From the NCBI GenBank assembly GCA_000708835.1, contig DF237023.1, positions 124,001-188,000 on the forward strand: 64,000 bases of DNA, written 5' to 3'. Of the stretch, positions 22,601 through 37,600 are shown one piece after another. This stretch comes from Klebsormidium nitens. Taxonomy: Eukaryota > Plantae > Klebsormidiophyceae. How positions within the stretch are numbered: the stretch's first letter is position 1; each line of letters starts with the position of its first letter. The notes below the pieces were generated by a model. The model was not told the DNA's origin. It did no database searches and saw only the letters and a list, made by a program, of their open reading frames with translations. The translations under genes were made by a program, and so were the position numbers.

Positions 22601-25600
22601 CCGCCCCTCCCAAAATCTCGGCTAACCCCTCGTCTTCCACTCGGGGATACATTTTCCCGAGCTCCAGAAGCTGGCCCGCCAGCACGTTCACGCCCGGGGG
22701 ATCCCCCCAGCCCAGCTTCGTTTTCAGGTTAGCCGACTTGACCTCGCCGTCTAGAAGGCGTAACCCGGACGAGACCAGCCAGGCGTCCTCCTTGGGGCGT
22801 ACGAATTTGGACGGTGCGAGCGGCCCGCCGAGGTTCCGCCACGGCAACCGGACGTCCGGAGACTCTTCCAGAATGGGACACCATGAGATACCCGCCAGCT
22901 GCGTCCAAAAGGCGCCCTCTTCGAGATCGCTTTCTGGAGCCGGGGAAGGAGGCCCAGCATTTCCAACCGGGGAAAGGTTGACACTTTGAACGGGCTCCGT
23001 TCCGGCTGGATTTGAACCGGGGGCGTCGTCTGCAGGAGTGGCGGTGGGAACGCTCCCGCCCGGTGCCACGTGGGGCTCAGCCGCGCGCTCCAAGTCGTCC
23101 AGATGCTGCAGAAGCGCCCGTCCGCGCTTGACTGCTTCTCGGACGTCCGACCCAGCCCGCATCTCCACCGAACGGGCGCTGTCCAACAAACCCTTTCGGC
23201 CCATAGCACGCCGCAAACCCAAGCCCCGCAGAACCTCCAAGACTTCTGGGCGCTGAAACTCTTCGCTTGGGAAAAACGCGCCCCGGTCTAGTAACGTGTG
23301 GAGCTCGTTCACACCGGGGTCGTACAGGTCTGCGGGCGCTGCGAGTGTCCCCGCGCCAGTCGGGACAAACGCTAACCGGGTTAATTTGGGCCGTAACCCC
23401 GGGTTTTCTGCAGCTAAACTGGGCAGATCCGCCAACACCGCCAGCATCGCCCGCCGGCCAACGTCAGTAGTGAGAATCTCAGGACGTCCGAAGACGTGGT
23501 CCGAAAAGAAGGCCGCCCGTCCAAGGGATTCGACGCCCAGGTGTCTTCCCAGCAGTGCGCGCTCGCTCTCGTTCTCGCACCGGAGGAAGTTCACACTCAG
23601 CAGCGACTCAGGCACGCCGGGCGGTGGGAAAAAGCGCGGCTTGCTGGCCAGGTCGACGAAGAGCCTGTTCACACTCGCGCTGGTAGTCTCGGCGCCGGTG
23701 TACGCCTCGAAGATGGGAAGAGCCGCAAGGATACGCAGGTGGGCAGTCGATAAGCTATCCCCTGCCGTTGAGCTATTCCCCAAACTACTATTCCTCTGCT
23801 GCGGTTCCGAACTTGACGCCCCGCTTTGGTTGAACCACTTCGACTGGCAGAGAAACGCCCGCGTTTCCTGCTTCTGACTGGGCGTCGCCGCTTCCAGAAG
23901 TTCCGTCAGTGGGGACCCCTTTCTAGTTGCGGCCTCAGAGAGCGCCCCCAGCACTCCCGTAGCCGTGCTGCTGTGCACGAACTGGTTTAGAACCGGGTTA
24001 GTCCCCACAATTTCACTTCGCAACAGCTGGCAGCCCGCGATTAGGAGCAAACCCACGACGCCCTCGTTCAGCGCTTCTCCTCGCACAACGACGGAGAATG
24101 GTTTACGCTCCGGGTCAAGGTCAAAGCCATCTTCCAAACCCGGCGCTGGGTTGATTTCGAGCGGCTTGCAGAGCGTTCCTCCAGACGTCGGGATGAGAGG
24201 CCAGTCGGTGAAAAGCTCCAGCCCGCCTTTGGCCCCTAACCACTTCCAGAAACCCGTCATCCACTTCACGCTCGGGTGACCGCTCGACCCTTGATCCGGG
24301 TTATCACTAACCTCGCCTGCGAGGTCGTCAAAACCCCCTGCAAAACCCTCCGCATCGGCCGGAGGCCGCCACTCGACTTCCAGCCGCCGCTCCCAACCCG
24401 CGGGCAGAATCTTCGGCAGCAGAGAGCTTGCCACGTCAGCCGCGCTCAGAACTCTCAGATTGGTTCCCCCTGCCTCGGCTAGCCCCTCGAGAACCTTCCG
24501 CGTTTCTTCACTGACGACAGGGCCCTGTTCCAGGAACAGCCGCGGGACTTTGCTGGCGAACACGGCGTACTCTTCGGGGGTGGCGAGGAAAATGGGGCCT
24601 TCGGACGGCCGTCCGAAAGTGCCCAAGGAACCGTCCGCAAGCGGAAGGAGGGGAAGGCCCAAAAGGAGGTCGCCGGGAGGGGTGTCGCCCAGGCCTTGGA
24701 GACAGTACCTGAAGGCACAAAGAGGGCGACTTTCAGTTTGCTAGGCATTTTGCTGGGGAAGAGGAACACAGGGCGCCTTGTAGAGTGCCAAAGTTCTTGT
24801 TTGGTGCTAGCAAAGGCATTGGAAAGCTCAAGGAATAAGGAGTTTGGATACGACTTGGTGATCCTAAACGAGGTTTTTGATAGACGAGCTTCAAACACTC
24901 TAGAAGAACAACTGTGCTGAGCCACGGCCGACAAGAACCGATGTGATCAATAATGCAGGCCTCTGCCAAGTCACAAGGACTCACAAGGATAAACGAGCCC
25001 CTGAGAGTCGCTCAAAGTGGCGACGAAACCACACCCGGCAACAACAATGAAAGGACTCACTTGAGAGCCATCACGACTGTCGCTCTGTCCGTCAGCTTCG
25101 GCCTTCTTCCCCCAGTGATTGCGAGCTGCCTCCTCAGGAGCTGTGGTGTCAAGAACCGCAGGCTGGGGCATGACTGCTGGAACTTGGCACAGACTTCCGG
25201 CGAGACGTCTACTAGCGGCATCCCGGCCGCAACCAGAGCGGCCCCGAGCGGGCCCATGTCGCCGAACGGAAAGTCGGGGAACACCGCCTGACGGGGGGTG
25301 ATCCACCTGCCGAGGCCACCCCCTGCGATGGGAGAAAAGAGGGGCTGGATGAAACCGCTTGAAGGTCGAAGCAGGGAAACTTTTCTGAACGCTGAATGTA
25401 CCTTCTTTAACTACCAGCACCTACTGCAGTCGGGTTTGCTTGAAACCTCGAGGGCCACTCTTGGCAAACCTAAAGCGACAGTTCGAAGGGTCCCCCGCGC
25501 AAAGCCAACACAGACTACAATTTCGCAACCTTGCAACTCATACCGATTGGACTTGCCCCTACTGATGTGATTTAGGTGCTCCGCAAGCGCTCTTGGCTAA

Positions 25601-28600
25601 GTAAGGAAGGAAAACCCGCCAACATTTTTATGCCAGTGCAGTGCAGCCTCCAGACATCATGATGAATCAAACAGCAATGCTCTCTTTCGGGGGACCTGGA
25701 TCGACAAACAAAGCCAATATGGCCCTTCCAGCCATCCGCTTCTCAAAAGAGCAAAGCTTCGCAACTTTACTGTCATCTTCTCATCTCCGTTTCTTCTGAG
25801 TCAGCCCCAACAACTTCATAGCCCCTCTCTTTCCTCCTCTAGGATGACACTTGTCTCTCACCGGCCTTTGTTGGCAGCACTGGAAGGTCCACCACCGCTT
25901 CATACAGCTTTCCCGCCATCCGGCTCCAGGGATCCCTCAAGTCGCCCACCGGCCACAGCCGAGAGTACTCCGGAGTAGGCCCCAGCTGCTTCACTGCGTG
26001 CACCAACAGCTGGGCATATGCCGGCGCGGCGACGTCCTCGAGAAGACACGTGTTCCACTCCGACTTGATGTTGCTGCGGGTGCCCAGGTGGTCGGTGCCC
26101 TGCCAGATGTCGCGCCTGCAGTGAAGGAAGGAAGACGGATAGATCAGCTTTGTTCTTATTCGTCTCTACGTGCTCCTCGTGTGGTTCAACATGCATGTTC
26201 ACAAGGATTCGCGCTCTTCTTCTCGGAAGCACAGAGCAGGACACAAATGCAGAGGGATCGAAGGTGAAGACGCAGGAGCTTTATCCATCGCCATATGGTT
26301 TTGGCACTAGCGAAGGGGTCTCTGACGCCTTCATCATTCCCGTCTCATGCCAGTGAATAAGGCGCCTCGTTACAGACCCAATCAGGGATCATCTCAGAAC
26401 CCAAACCCGTAGAAAAACACGGCAAAGCTTAGTATGCGGCCTGAACACATTCCGACCGGTCCTGCTGATGCTAACTATTCACGACCCTGGGTCAAAACCG
26501 ATTAAACAATTGGACCAGAACAAAACAGTCAGAATTCCACGGATCCAAATCAAGAACCTCCACATGGAGAAACGCCGCCCACCTGTTAGAGCTCAGCTCA
26601 AAGTAGCCGTTTGTGTGCACCGGCAGCTGCGTTGTCACCGGCAGCGGCAGGAAGCAGAACGCGCGGCCCGCAATCTCTGCGTCCAACCGTGCTGCGACAC
26701 CTGCCCACGGAACGAACCCCCGGCCACGCGTTTCGGCCGCGAGCGCGTGTGCGCGCGCGCGCCCCCCGCCCAGCCGGTTGCACACCAGCCAGCTCTGGCC
26801 GGTCCGCTCCACCGCCCGCTCTTTATTCGCTCCGGCCCTGCTGACGTCAAGGATGACGTCAGCATTATACTTGTCGGAGTCGCCTCCGTCGAAGTCGGGC
26901 TTATTGGGGGGTGTATGTACAGTAGGAGTGGGAGACGGGGAGTCCTCTTTACGGGGGGTTCCGGTGGTGAGGATGTCCACCTTGGCGCACCCCCCCGGGA
27001 GGCCGTTCTCCGCCGCGCGCTGCAGGCGCAGCAGAAAGGCGTCCTTCGACGCGACGACGTCACGTCCTCCCCCCCGAATGAAACTCAGGATCGCTTGCTG
27101 CGGGTCTTCCTGGAGGCTCGGCGCCCGCTCGACTTTGTACAGGAGCTCCAGGTTTTCGGACGGGTTAGCGGACGGGTTAAGCGGCGTTTCGGACGGGTTA
27201 GCGGGCGGTTCGGACGGTCGGTCTCGTATGTACACGCTGATGCTGCGGACGCTCCGCAGGAAGAGGAGCGCCTCGATCGCGGTGGAGCGGAAACTGTACA
27301 GCAGCTCGGTGAGGGCCGCGATGTCGCAGGGTTCCTGCGAACGGGGGTGGTAGGAGCGCTTCATGTGTATTTAGAAACTTCAAACGGTGCGCTCAACAAC
27401 TTCGGCAGTGGAAAGATTGAGCCCCAGAAGCTTCGTCGAATCTGCTGAAGGAAAGGACTGGAGGACAGGCACAAATGGGGCCTCAGCTTGAGCTGGACCA
27501 GCAACATTCACTCGTTCTCCTTCTTTCAGGAATGACATCTGATGTCATTTCGAATCACAGATGTGGAAGCGGGCCGGAGGCTTCGATGTGCGACCGGTGT
27601 GATACTTGCTGCCGTAGCATGCTTAAAGGGTTGATCTTACGCTCAGGAATCTCCTCTGGCTTCTGCGAAGCTAAGCACAAGCCAAAATATAACAATCAGG
27701 GCATGTCACTCCTGGACAAACATTAGGAAGTATTTTCAAGAGTCGGAAGATTTTCAAGACCCAGCAACTTGCCTGCTTGATCTCGCTTTTCCGTGCAGCT
27801 TCCGGTGATCTGAGCGGAAATCGGAACAGAGTCCCTGGGAAGCGGTGCTGGAGGTCGCATCCAAAGCGCAGGTATGGCCGGAACTGGTCGGGGAACTGCT
27901 GGGTCAGACCGCGGCCGACGAACCCAATCTTGAGACCTGTACGAGACGCGATGCTTTGACAAAAGTGCCAAAAACAAGAGGTCGGACTTTGTATACAACA
28001 TCTCACGGCTTCAGGACCTAAGAAACTATAACCTTAGCGAACGCCCGGCACTTTCGGAGCATCCTGGTCGAGCGAGGGGAAAGGAAGGTCGTGCAGAGAC
28101 CCAGATCAGCACTGGACGATAAAAAGTCAGGTTTTGAGTTGCGCACAGATTTTGTAGCTCCAAGCAATTTCTCCATCTTGCTACATCTCCAGTCACACTT
28201 GTCCGGAGAACTTGCGCATGTTCTCATTATACATAGTGACCTTGCAAGAGTCCCAAAGCTCGCGTGTCTGAAGACCGCAAAGTCCACAGGTATGAAGCCG
28301 ATGCCCAGCAGATATGAAATGAAGAAGGGGGGAGAAGCTGACCTGGATGGGAGGGGCTGACGCCCGGGAGGTGCGAGGCGTGGGGATCAAAGAAGACAAG
28401 GTACTCGCCACTCACAAACGACGGGACATCGGTCAGATGGTACACTGCACGGGCGATGAAGAAGTTCAGTGAAGAAAAGTCTCCTTCAAACAAGGAACTG
28501 AAAGTAGGAACGAAAAGTGCATGCGGGAAACGAGCCTTCACAAGACCAGAGACAGGTTTGGTACCGACCGCACGCTACTTGCTCAAAGAACTGGATCAAA

Positions 28601-31600
28601 CAGAAAGGAAGAGCAGGTGCTCGCAAGGCAAAAAAAGATACCCGCGGCCACGTCCGTTGACGACAGCCCGCCAGAAGGAGTTGCACAGGACGTGTTTCTA
28701 CATCTACAGACATGACCAGGTTCGCTCAACCCCACCTGACCAACTCTCACAAGATGTCAGAGTCCCGGAACTCTAGACAGCGCTAAGTCCCTAAACCCCA
28801 ACGGCCCTGGGAACCTCAAAATCCATCTGACTTCGAAGGACAAACCGATATCGTCAAAAAACTTGTAGACGCGGGACCCTTGGAAACCTCAACCCCACCT
28901 GAGTTGAAGCCCAGCCCAAACCGCCCAATCGCGGCTGGCTTCTCGAGCTTGCTGTCCTGGCCGATGCGCGAGATATTGTGCAGGTCGCGCGGGGTGAACT
29001 GCGCGTTGTTGTAGCACAGCAGCGCGGGCCCTTGCCAGGCCGCCATGCGCGGGCTCAGAATGGACGACGCCCCGTAGCGCTCGCGGTCAAGGACGATTGC
29101 CACCGACGTCGCGCCGGCGTCGTCCGCGTTCTGAAACAAGATAACGCTCGTGAACTTCCCAAGCCACAAGCTTCTGCGCTTTTAGGCTGATTTAGAAGGG
29201 AAGTTTTGTAAGAACTTTTGGAGCACTTGAAACGACAGCAAAGCGCTCGTGGTATAGTACGATCGCCATCAACATCGCGCCCCCATCGTCCGCGTTTTGA
29301 AAGAGGAATGAAGTTCTCTCAGCATAGCAGAATGCGTGACGTGCGATCACAAACGTCGCCCTCCACATCACCAGAAAAGGACAGCGCTTGATTCGGGTCA
29401 TTTTAAGATTGTCCGGAGGCAAGGTCGTTGAGATTAAGGTTCCTCATCGGTTCAGAACGATGAGTGTCCATTTGCAATGGTCGCAATCAAAAAGAACGTT
29501 CCAATCAGGCAGGTGTACCTTCAACTGATTCGTCATACGGCATGTGAACTGGAAAGCAGAGGCTGAAAAACCTAACAGTGGAACCGGAAAGCCAAGAAGC
29601 TTACCTGCACCAGCTCGCAAAGGATGCCCGGCCCGTCCGCATACATCTCCACAATGTGCTTCAATCGGACGGTCAGCGCCTCGTGCTGTCCGAATGCCTC
29701 AGCCGTACCCACCGCCAGATCCATCGAGTCCGCATTTGCAGCCAAAAGGAGCCGCCGCAAGGACCGGACACCAACGCGCTCGGCAACCTCGTGGGACACC
29801 TGGCAGGACGGGACGGTGTCAAGGATGTCGTTTGCGGTTTGCGATTGGCATTCTGCGGCTTGCGGTTTGCGTTGGCTTGCAGTTCGCGTTCTGACGAGGC
29901 AGGCGTGCTGCCTCGCTTCGAGGTGTTCAAAATCGGGGGGCGATCAAGCGGGCGTCATAGCAAACGCGTATCGCTTGACCGACGCAATCTAGTCTTCCTT
30001 CGAAGTACAAGAACAAGGACGAGAAAGAAGAACGAAGTCCAGTGCTAGGTATAGGCACTGGAAAACGTGAATCCGCAAATCGTAAGAAAGGAGCCAAATC
30101 TTTTAACACTAGGGCCAGCACGCTTAGCCCGTTTTCAGAGCCAGATGAAGTGGACACGTCGTCAAACCTCTCGAGCCAGCTAATCTGAGAACCAATTCCA
30201 AACCTGCTCAGGCAAGCGTGCAGCAAACGATCATTCAGCCGGACGAGCAGAGTGGGAAGCGCAGGCCCACCTTGGCATGCACGAACCGCGAGCTGCTCGC
30301 CGTCGCGGCCGGCGCCAGCCCCGCCGCGCCGCCAAACCCTTCCAGCCACGGCGCGTCGTTATACACAAGCTCCCCAGCGGGCGCCAGAACTCCCGCCGCG
30401 TCCGGCACGTGGATCCCGGACCCCGCGTCCTCTGCGAGGAGGTGTGCGTCCGCCAGCTGTTGCACCAGCCAGATCGCCATCGAAAGTTGCGCGTCCTGGA
30501 GAGGAGTCCCCGCCGTGTCGGCCGCCATGCGCGCGAGCACGCGCGCGTAGTCCCGGGGCGCGAGGCCGTCCCGGACGCCGAGCTCGGAGAGGAGCTCGCG
30601 GAAGGCGGAGAGGTCCGACGGGATGACTGCGCGAAAATATGTTCTTGAGTCTCGAAGTAGCTACCTTCCGTTTGAGAGTGCAATACAGAAGGGCGAAGCA
30701 AAGTATACTGTTCGTTCTGAAGAGTCCGCTGCTCACTTAAGCGCAGCGAGTGAGTTCGTGCCACGATAGCAGGAACGAAGAACCCAATTCGTCTTCTGGG
30801 AGGTGACTTGATTCGCTGAATGCGGCGCCTGTCTACTGAACTCGAAATTTCTAGTTCTGAAAGTGGTACATCCACAGTGAAGGTAAATGCTCCTGTATCA
30901 GGGGAGATCCATATATCTCAGTTGAAGCTTACGAGCATCCAAAAAGGGACGTACCAAAGAAGTAGGGCGCCAGGTTGAGCGGTCCGGTAAAAGCGACTTG
31001 GTCGACCGCAGCGAATCCGTCCCCGACCCAGACCCAGGCACTCCCCTCAAGGACCGCCTTCACAATGTCCATCTCTTCCCGACCAAGAAGCTGGTGAAGC
31101 AGGGTGTAAATTCGAGGGATGGCGGCTGCCAGCTGGCGCCCGACCGCACGCCCGCCGACACGCGCGTGGCGCTTCCCGAGCTCCAATAGCTGCGCAGCGA
31201 GCACGGCAGGGCCCGGGGATTTGTCCCACCCTAGCTGGTGCGCCAGGGCGGCCGACCGGCACTCCCCGTCGAGGATCCGCAATGATGCGGAGACGAGCCA
31301 CATGTCGGAGGCGGGGCGGCAGAAACGGGGGGCGGAGACGGTACCGGTAACGGAGGGCCACGGCAGGCTCGGGTCCGGAGGGGTCACCATTACCGGGCAC
31401 CATTGGGTGCTCCCCAGGTCGGACCAAAACTTCTCGAGCCCGGTTTCCGAGGCACGTGCCTCCTTGAGGCCGAGATAGTTCCCAAACTTGGAGAACGCTT
31501 TTCGGACCTCTTCCCCCGCGCCGGGCGTCCAATGCTGTCCGTGCACCTCGAGATATTCGAGGATCGCCCGCCCCTGGAGGAGCGCGGATTCGGGGTCCGA

Positions 31601-34600
31601 GCCCGCCAGCTGTTCCACAGCGCGAGCAGCGGCGAGGACAGTCTCCTGGGAGACGCTCGTTTTGAGACCCAGGAAGCGGAGCGCGTCGAGAACCTGCGGC
31701 GTGGCAAACTCGCCCCTCGGAAAGAAGCCGCTACTAGTTGGCGAAGCGGACTTGCCCCCGGACCCCTCTTCTGACTCCCTCCAACTGCTCTCCCCGTTTG
31801 TTGCAGCATCCGTTTTTGTGGTCTCAGCAGCAGGGGGTTGACTTCCGCTGCTACTCCGAGCCCCCTCTAGCAGCAGCACCAGCTCCTCAACCCGGGGGTC
31901 GTACAGCGCCGAGGGGGGCAGCAGTTCCTCCCCGTTCCGCCCCCCTGCTGGGACAAAAGGCAGTCGGGAGATGATCTCCCGGAAGCTCGAGTCCTCGGAG
32001 CACAGCCCCGGGAGGTCCCGGAGCGCCGCGAGCATGCTCTTATTGCGGACGTCCGCGGGCAAGCCCAGGATGCGTCCAAACACGTGGGTCCGGTAGAAGG
32101 CCGCCCGGCCGAGAACGGGCACCCCTAGGGACCCGGCCAGAATGCGCGCCTCGTTTGCCGAAGCCGGTTTCAGGAACGACTCCCCCAGCAGCGCTTCGTC
32201 AACGTCTTTTGGGGATAGGAACACGCGGCTAGATTCCAGGGCGACTAGCCCCCCCGAGGAGGAGCCGTACGTTTCGAAGATTGGCAGTGAGCGGACGATA
32301 TTTACAATGGTGGGTTGGACAGGCGCTCCCGACCACCACCTTGGCTGTGTGAAGAAGCGCCGCAAGGACGCGCGCTCGGACACGTCTAGCTTCGCCACGC
32401 GCTGAGACACCAGCCCTGCGCCGTCGCTCTCGCAGGCTGCACTGAATGCGCTCAGAATTCCGGATGCAGTCGGAGCGTGTAGAAACTGACTGGCAAGGGG
32501 ATGTTCTGCGACTGGAATTGCTCCCCCCGGGTGCAGAAACCGGCAGCCCAGCTTCTTCAACACCGTTATTACCCTCCGCAACGGAATACCGTCCGAGACT
32601 CCGCTTGATCCGTTCTCGCTGTTCGACTGCCCAGATTGCTGCACGTTACCTTCGGAAGCACTTACTCCTTCGTCGCTTCTCAACGGCCCACGTTGTTGCC
32701 CGTAACCTCTGGAAGAGGAACCCGCCGTTCCGCCTTCCAGAGACTCCCAACTCGGGCCAACGACGGCGGAAGCAAGTGACAGCTGGCACAGCCCACCGTC
32801 CGAAGTGGGCAGGAGCGGCCAGTCCGAGAACGTCCGCACATCCCCCCGGGACTTCTCCCCGAGCCACCGCCAAAGGTCCGAGAGCCAATTCACACTGGGC
32901 TGCCTACTCAGCTCCACGACCAGGGCTCCGCTCACCCGCCGTCCAGACTGGGCTCTCAACACCTCGTCCCGTTGTGTGAATAGCCGCAACTCCTGCTCCC
33001 GTTCGCTGGGGTCTAGCTCCGCGTTTGCCCCGAGGACCTCCCAGGCCACGTTGCGCTTTCCCCTCCACTCCTTCGGAAGAATGTCGGACAGCAACTGTCC
33101 GAGAGTGGGCGCCGTCAGAGTACGGACGTTCGTGCCCCCACTTGCGGCGATGCTCCGAAGGCGCTCCCCGAGCGGACCGTCAACTTTCCCGTCTACGACT
33201 CGGTGTGGCACGCCGCTCAGAAGCCGCGCCTCTAGTTCGCTCGCTGGCAGCACAAAATCCGCCCCGGACGTTTCGGACTGTCCGGACGGTCTGGAGCGCC
33301 GAGCGAACCGTCCGAGCGAACCGTCCGAAAGCGGGATCAGCTGCAGGTTCACGAGGTGATCCCCCGCCTCGTCGTCGAGAACGTCTTCCAAACAATACTC
33401 CAGGAACGTCAGCGCGTTTTCACGTCGCTCTAGTCCCCGGTGGACCCCGCCCCCCCGCAAATGCGCGCGCACGAGCGCCGGCATGCATACGGTCGCCTGA
33501 CCCCCGGTCGCGTACTCCAAAAGGAGCGCCCGCGGCCCCAGGGGGGGCTCGACCACCGGGAGCCCCTCGCTGACAAGTGCTGACGTCAGCTCCGCGCCCC
33601 GGGCAAACTCTTCGTCGCGGAACAGCGCTTCGCGGGGAGTAACCCACCGGCCAACCGCGTTTGCACTGTCCGATCTCTGGGCGCCCGAATCGACGGCGCT
33701 CGTGTGGAGGATCGGTACGTTTGCCAGGGCTTGGTAGAGCTTGGCTACGAGAAGGCTCCAAGGCTCGGCCGGTCTGTTGGCAGGGAAAAGGGCGTAGTAG
33801 GCAGAGGAGGGGCCTAGCTGAGTGGTCGCCCGATGCAGGAGTTGGGCGTACGCAGCGGTGCAGACGTCCGAAAGTAGGGTCCGGTTCCATTCGGACCGGA
33901 GGCGTCCGCTTCCTTCCATGTCGAGGCCCATCCACAGGTCGCGGCGGTTGCTGGAGAGCTCGAAGTAACCTGGAAGGGAAAGAATGACCGGTGAGCGTGA
34001 TTAGGATGCACTTAGACTCAACAGTAGGATTGGTGACGATAATTCTACGCGTGCCTTCTCTCAACGTATGTAAGAATGACAATGCTCGGAAGCCTTTGAC
34101 CTTCTTGACAGGATGAGCCTATCTCTTCACTCAAAAAAATACGATCGAATGCAGGGAGGACACTGTTTGTTGCAAAGATTGTGGTGTGCCACAGGAGACA
34201 ATGAACGTACATCAAAAGCATTGCTACCGAAAACTGGATGATATCGCACAACATGCACAGAGGCAGTGCCTCGGCAACCTGCTACCATATCCAACAGTCG
34301 AGAGTGGACTGAATGTAGCATGCCCCAGTAGCTAGAGACATCCAGAGTCAACGGGATCCAACGCTGTGGTTCAAGTAAGTTCGTATTGCCTTACCGTTTA
34401 CGTGGACGGGCAAGTCCGTTGTCATTGGCAGCGGCAGGAAGCAGAAGGCGCGGCCTTTGAGGAGCGCCGGGGCCTGCTGCACCAAAAAAAACCGACGCGT
34501 CAAATGGAGCTGAGAGCAGCAACATGGATCTCTTGAAAGTGCGAAAGTGGATCTAGTGATCCAAAGTTGACGCTCGGCGGAGCAATCGACAGTGCAAACC

Positions 34601-37600
34601 GGTGCTTAGTCAGGTGGTTGGCCAGCTTTACGACGGTGCCTTAACGAGAATTTGATCGCAATGACTGGAAGAATTTTCAAACGAGGACCTCGAATGCCGC
34701 AGCCTTCATCGCTGCAGACGGCCAGTTCGACGAGCGGACAGGATGTAAATGGCAAACATGAGTTGCAAACGGTCTACGAGGCTTCGAAGCAAACATACAG
34801 CCTCGAAAACCTCAAAGCGAACGGAAGTCCAAACGCCTCTGTAAGATTCGTCAAAGCTTGTTCCGCTGCCAAGATGATCGTCACTATCCACCCGCTGACT
34901 TCTTAGCCCTTCTTAAGCTTCATCACGAGTTCACAAGACTGCTCAAAAAAAGTCGAAGCACACAAAATTATGAAAGAAACCATAGCAATCCCCGTTACAC
35001 CAATCCTGATGAGATTGTCCGGAAGCGAATCAGGCTGAGACAACACCGCGTCGTTTCTGGCGTCACGCTTGATGACACATTTTGAACGGCTTTGAACAGA
35101 AGGAGGCAAGGCGGAACACTTCGAGAGCAGCTAAGTTGGAACGCTCACCGCGTCGTTTCCAGTGTCCAGCCTGGCCGCAATCGACGTCCACGGCAGCAGA
35201 TACAGGTCGTACTCCTTTTCGGCCCGCGACTTGATCGCCCCAATCGCACTTTGGCTCCCCGCCATGTATTGAGAAATGAGGTACACCTCGTGCGTCTCCT
35301 CACCACCGTTCGATTCGTCTCTGTTCCGAAACTCGAGAGCGAAGACATCGGAGACGGGCGTCCGGGGGAGGGGGTTTCGGGCAATTTGCGAGAAGACCTG
35401 CGGGGGAAGTTTGAGAGGACAGTGGGGACACTCGGAGGCATGGTTTGGGCTGAGCACGGGTGATACAAGACGTGAATCGCAGCACAGGAAGGCAGTCGAG
35501 AAAGTTTGCTCGTTGACAAATGTCGAAACAGCAAGACAGCGGACGCAAGGTTATGAAAATTCAGAAGGCTTTGATCGTTCCTGGGTGCAAAGTTGGCGAA
35601 CGATTGGAGACTGACAGCCGCTCTCAGTGCGACAATTTGAAGCAGACAGAGTTCGGCTCAACCTCTTGATGAACCCACCCGACCTTCAAAACAAGGTAAC
35701 TAGAAGCGCTCTCCTTGCATCCGCCCACTTGTTTTGAGTTATCAAAGTCCGCTCGAACCTGTCAGTAAAAGTACCCGACAAGTGAAATTGTGTACTCTAA
35801 TCCAACGAAGCAACCTGTCAACATCAGAGGGGTAAGATGCCTCATTGTGGCTCACTCACCTGTCGGTGTCTATGAATCTCCGGGCTCAAGTTCTCCAGCT
35901 CGCAAGTAAACAGCTTCGTTGGTGCGGCTGCGTCGGCGGCCCAGTCAAAGAGGTCGATGCTTTCGACGTGCTTCAGGAAGAGGAGCGACGGCACTGCTTC
36001 GGACTTGAACTCGGACAGCAGTTCGGACATGCCTTGGACGCTGTACGCCTGGCGCGAGATACGGGACACGGCCGCGAGGTCCGACGTGCGGAGCGGGAAC
36101 CTGGCAAAAAGGGTAATCTATTGGGTTTGCGACAGAAAATCTTTTCGTGCATAATATCGTCAAATTCGGTGATTATTTTCATCGGAAGCACCTGACCAGC
36201 GGTGCAATGCCCTTCTTTCTCTGGCGAGGATTAAACTTATCCTCGAAGGCCTGCTGCCACGGGATGGCCAATCTCGGCCATGAGGATAGGTCGGAATGGA
36301 CCAGGAATCCCGCAGATGGTGCGCATCCGTTCGATTGCTGGTATGGGCAACTTGAACGGTTCGCATGAGTCGTAAGACAACGCCGACTTCTCAGAGACGG
36401 AGATGGGTAAGAAAGGAAATCAACGCTCGAAGTGACAAACAATCCTTGCCTGCAAAAGTGCGGAGAGCTGACAGTTTGAGTAACGAGGAAAGAAAACCTC
36501 ATGTCCACAAGTCAGGACCTGGGAGCTACGAGTGAGAGAGAGATAAGATTCAAATTCAGACTTCTGCCTACCTAAAGAGCGTGCCGTTGAACGGCCTGGC
36601 CATGTCGCAACCAAAGACCTTGTACGGCGCAAACTGGTCCCGCTGCGAGTCGCTCGCCGGCGTGCGGACGAAGTCGAGCCTCTTGCCGGGGTTGGCAGCG
36701 TTGACACGTGGCAGATGTGCACAGTGTGGGTCGAAGTACACCAGGTGCTGACCGGAGACGAAGCTGGGGAGGTCCGTAAGATGGTACACCACGTTGAAGC
36801 CGATCCTGCAAAATATTAGTTTGAGAAATAATGTGAGATTGTCGCTTGGCACAGGCTTGGCGCCACCATGGAGCGAGTGCAGTGGTGCGGGTTCACTGCA
36901 GGTGTGATGTCAACAGACGAGAGTCAGGAAAGGAAGGAAAGTGTTCACTTCCTGTCCTCCTTCTGTCATGCAAGCGCCCGTTTCAGATCTAAAGTCCTTA
37001 TTTTAGACCTAGTAGCCATCCGTTCTACAAGGGAAGGTGGTGCGAAGTAACTAGAGAATGTCGTGAGAAGTGGCAGACTAAGGTACATGTTTGCCTTACA
37101 CCACCCTTGAAGCCTTTTCCTTTCTCTTTGATAAATGATAATTGCCAGGTGAAGCAAAGACAGAGCGAGAAAGGAAAAAATGAGCGAGAAAGCAAGCAGA
37201 AGCCAAAACTTGAGGGACACCAAACTGAGACCCACCCAAACCGCCCCGTCTTCCCGGCCTGTGTCCTCTTCTTGCTTCCCCCGACACGCGAGATGCTCTC
37301 AAAATCCTCTTCTGTGAAAATTGAGTTGTTGTACACCAAAAGCGCGGGCCCTTGGAACGGTGCGAGGCCGCCATAGGCCAACCGTTCAGTGCCATGGTGG
37401 CGCCGATCAAGACACACAATCACCTGGCAAGAAAAGGAACGGAACAATCAGTTTCGCACAGTCCCGTATTGAGATCTGCTGTTTCTAAACGCACAATTAT
37501 GTGTAGTTTATCGTTGACTGTGTTCCGTGCAGAAAGCCAGCAACAATCACAGGTGACAGGAATATGTACATCATTTGTGAGAATTTGGCAACAAGTTTTA

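Noticed and set aside
11055-34082. Numerous long overlapping ORFs on both strands
   Set aside because: Shadow ORFs of the GC-rich sacsin exons; Arg/Pro/Ala-rich with no motifs.
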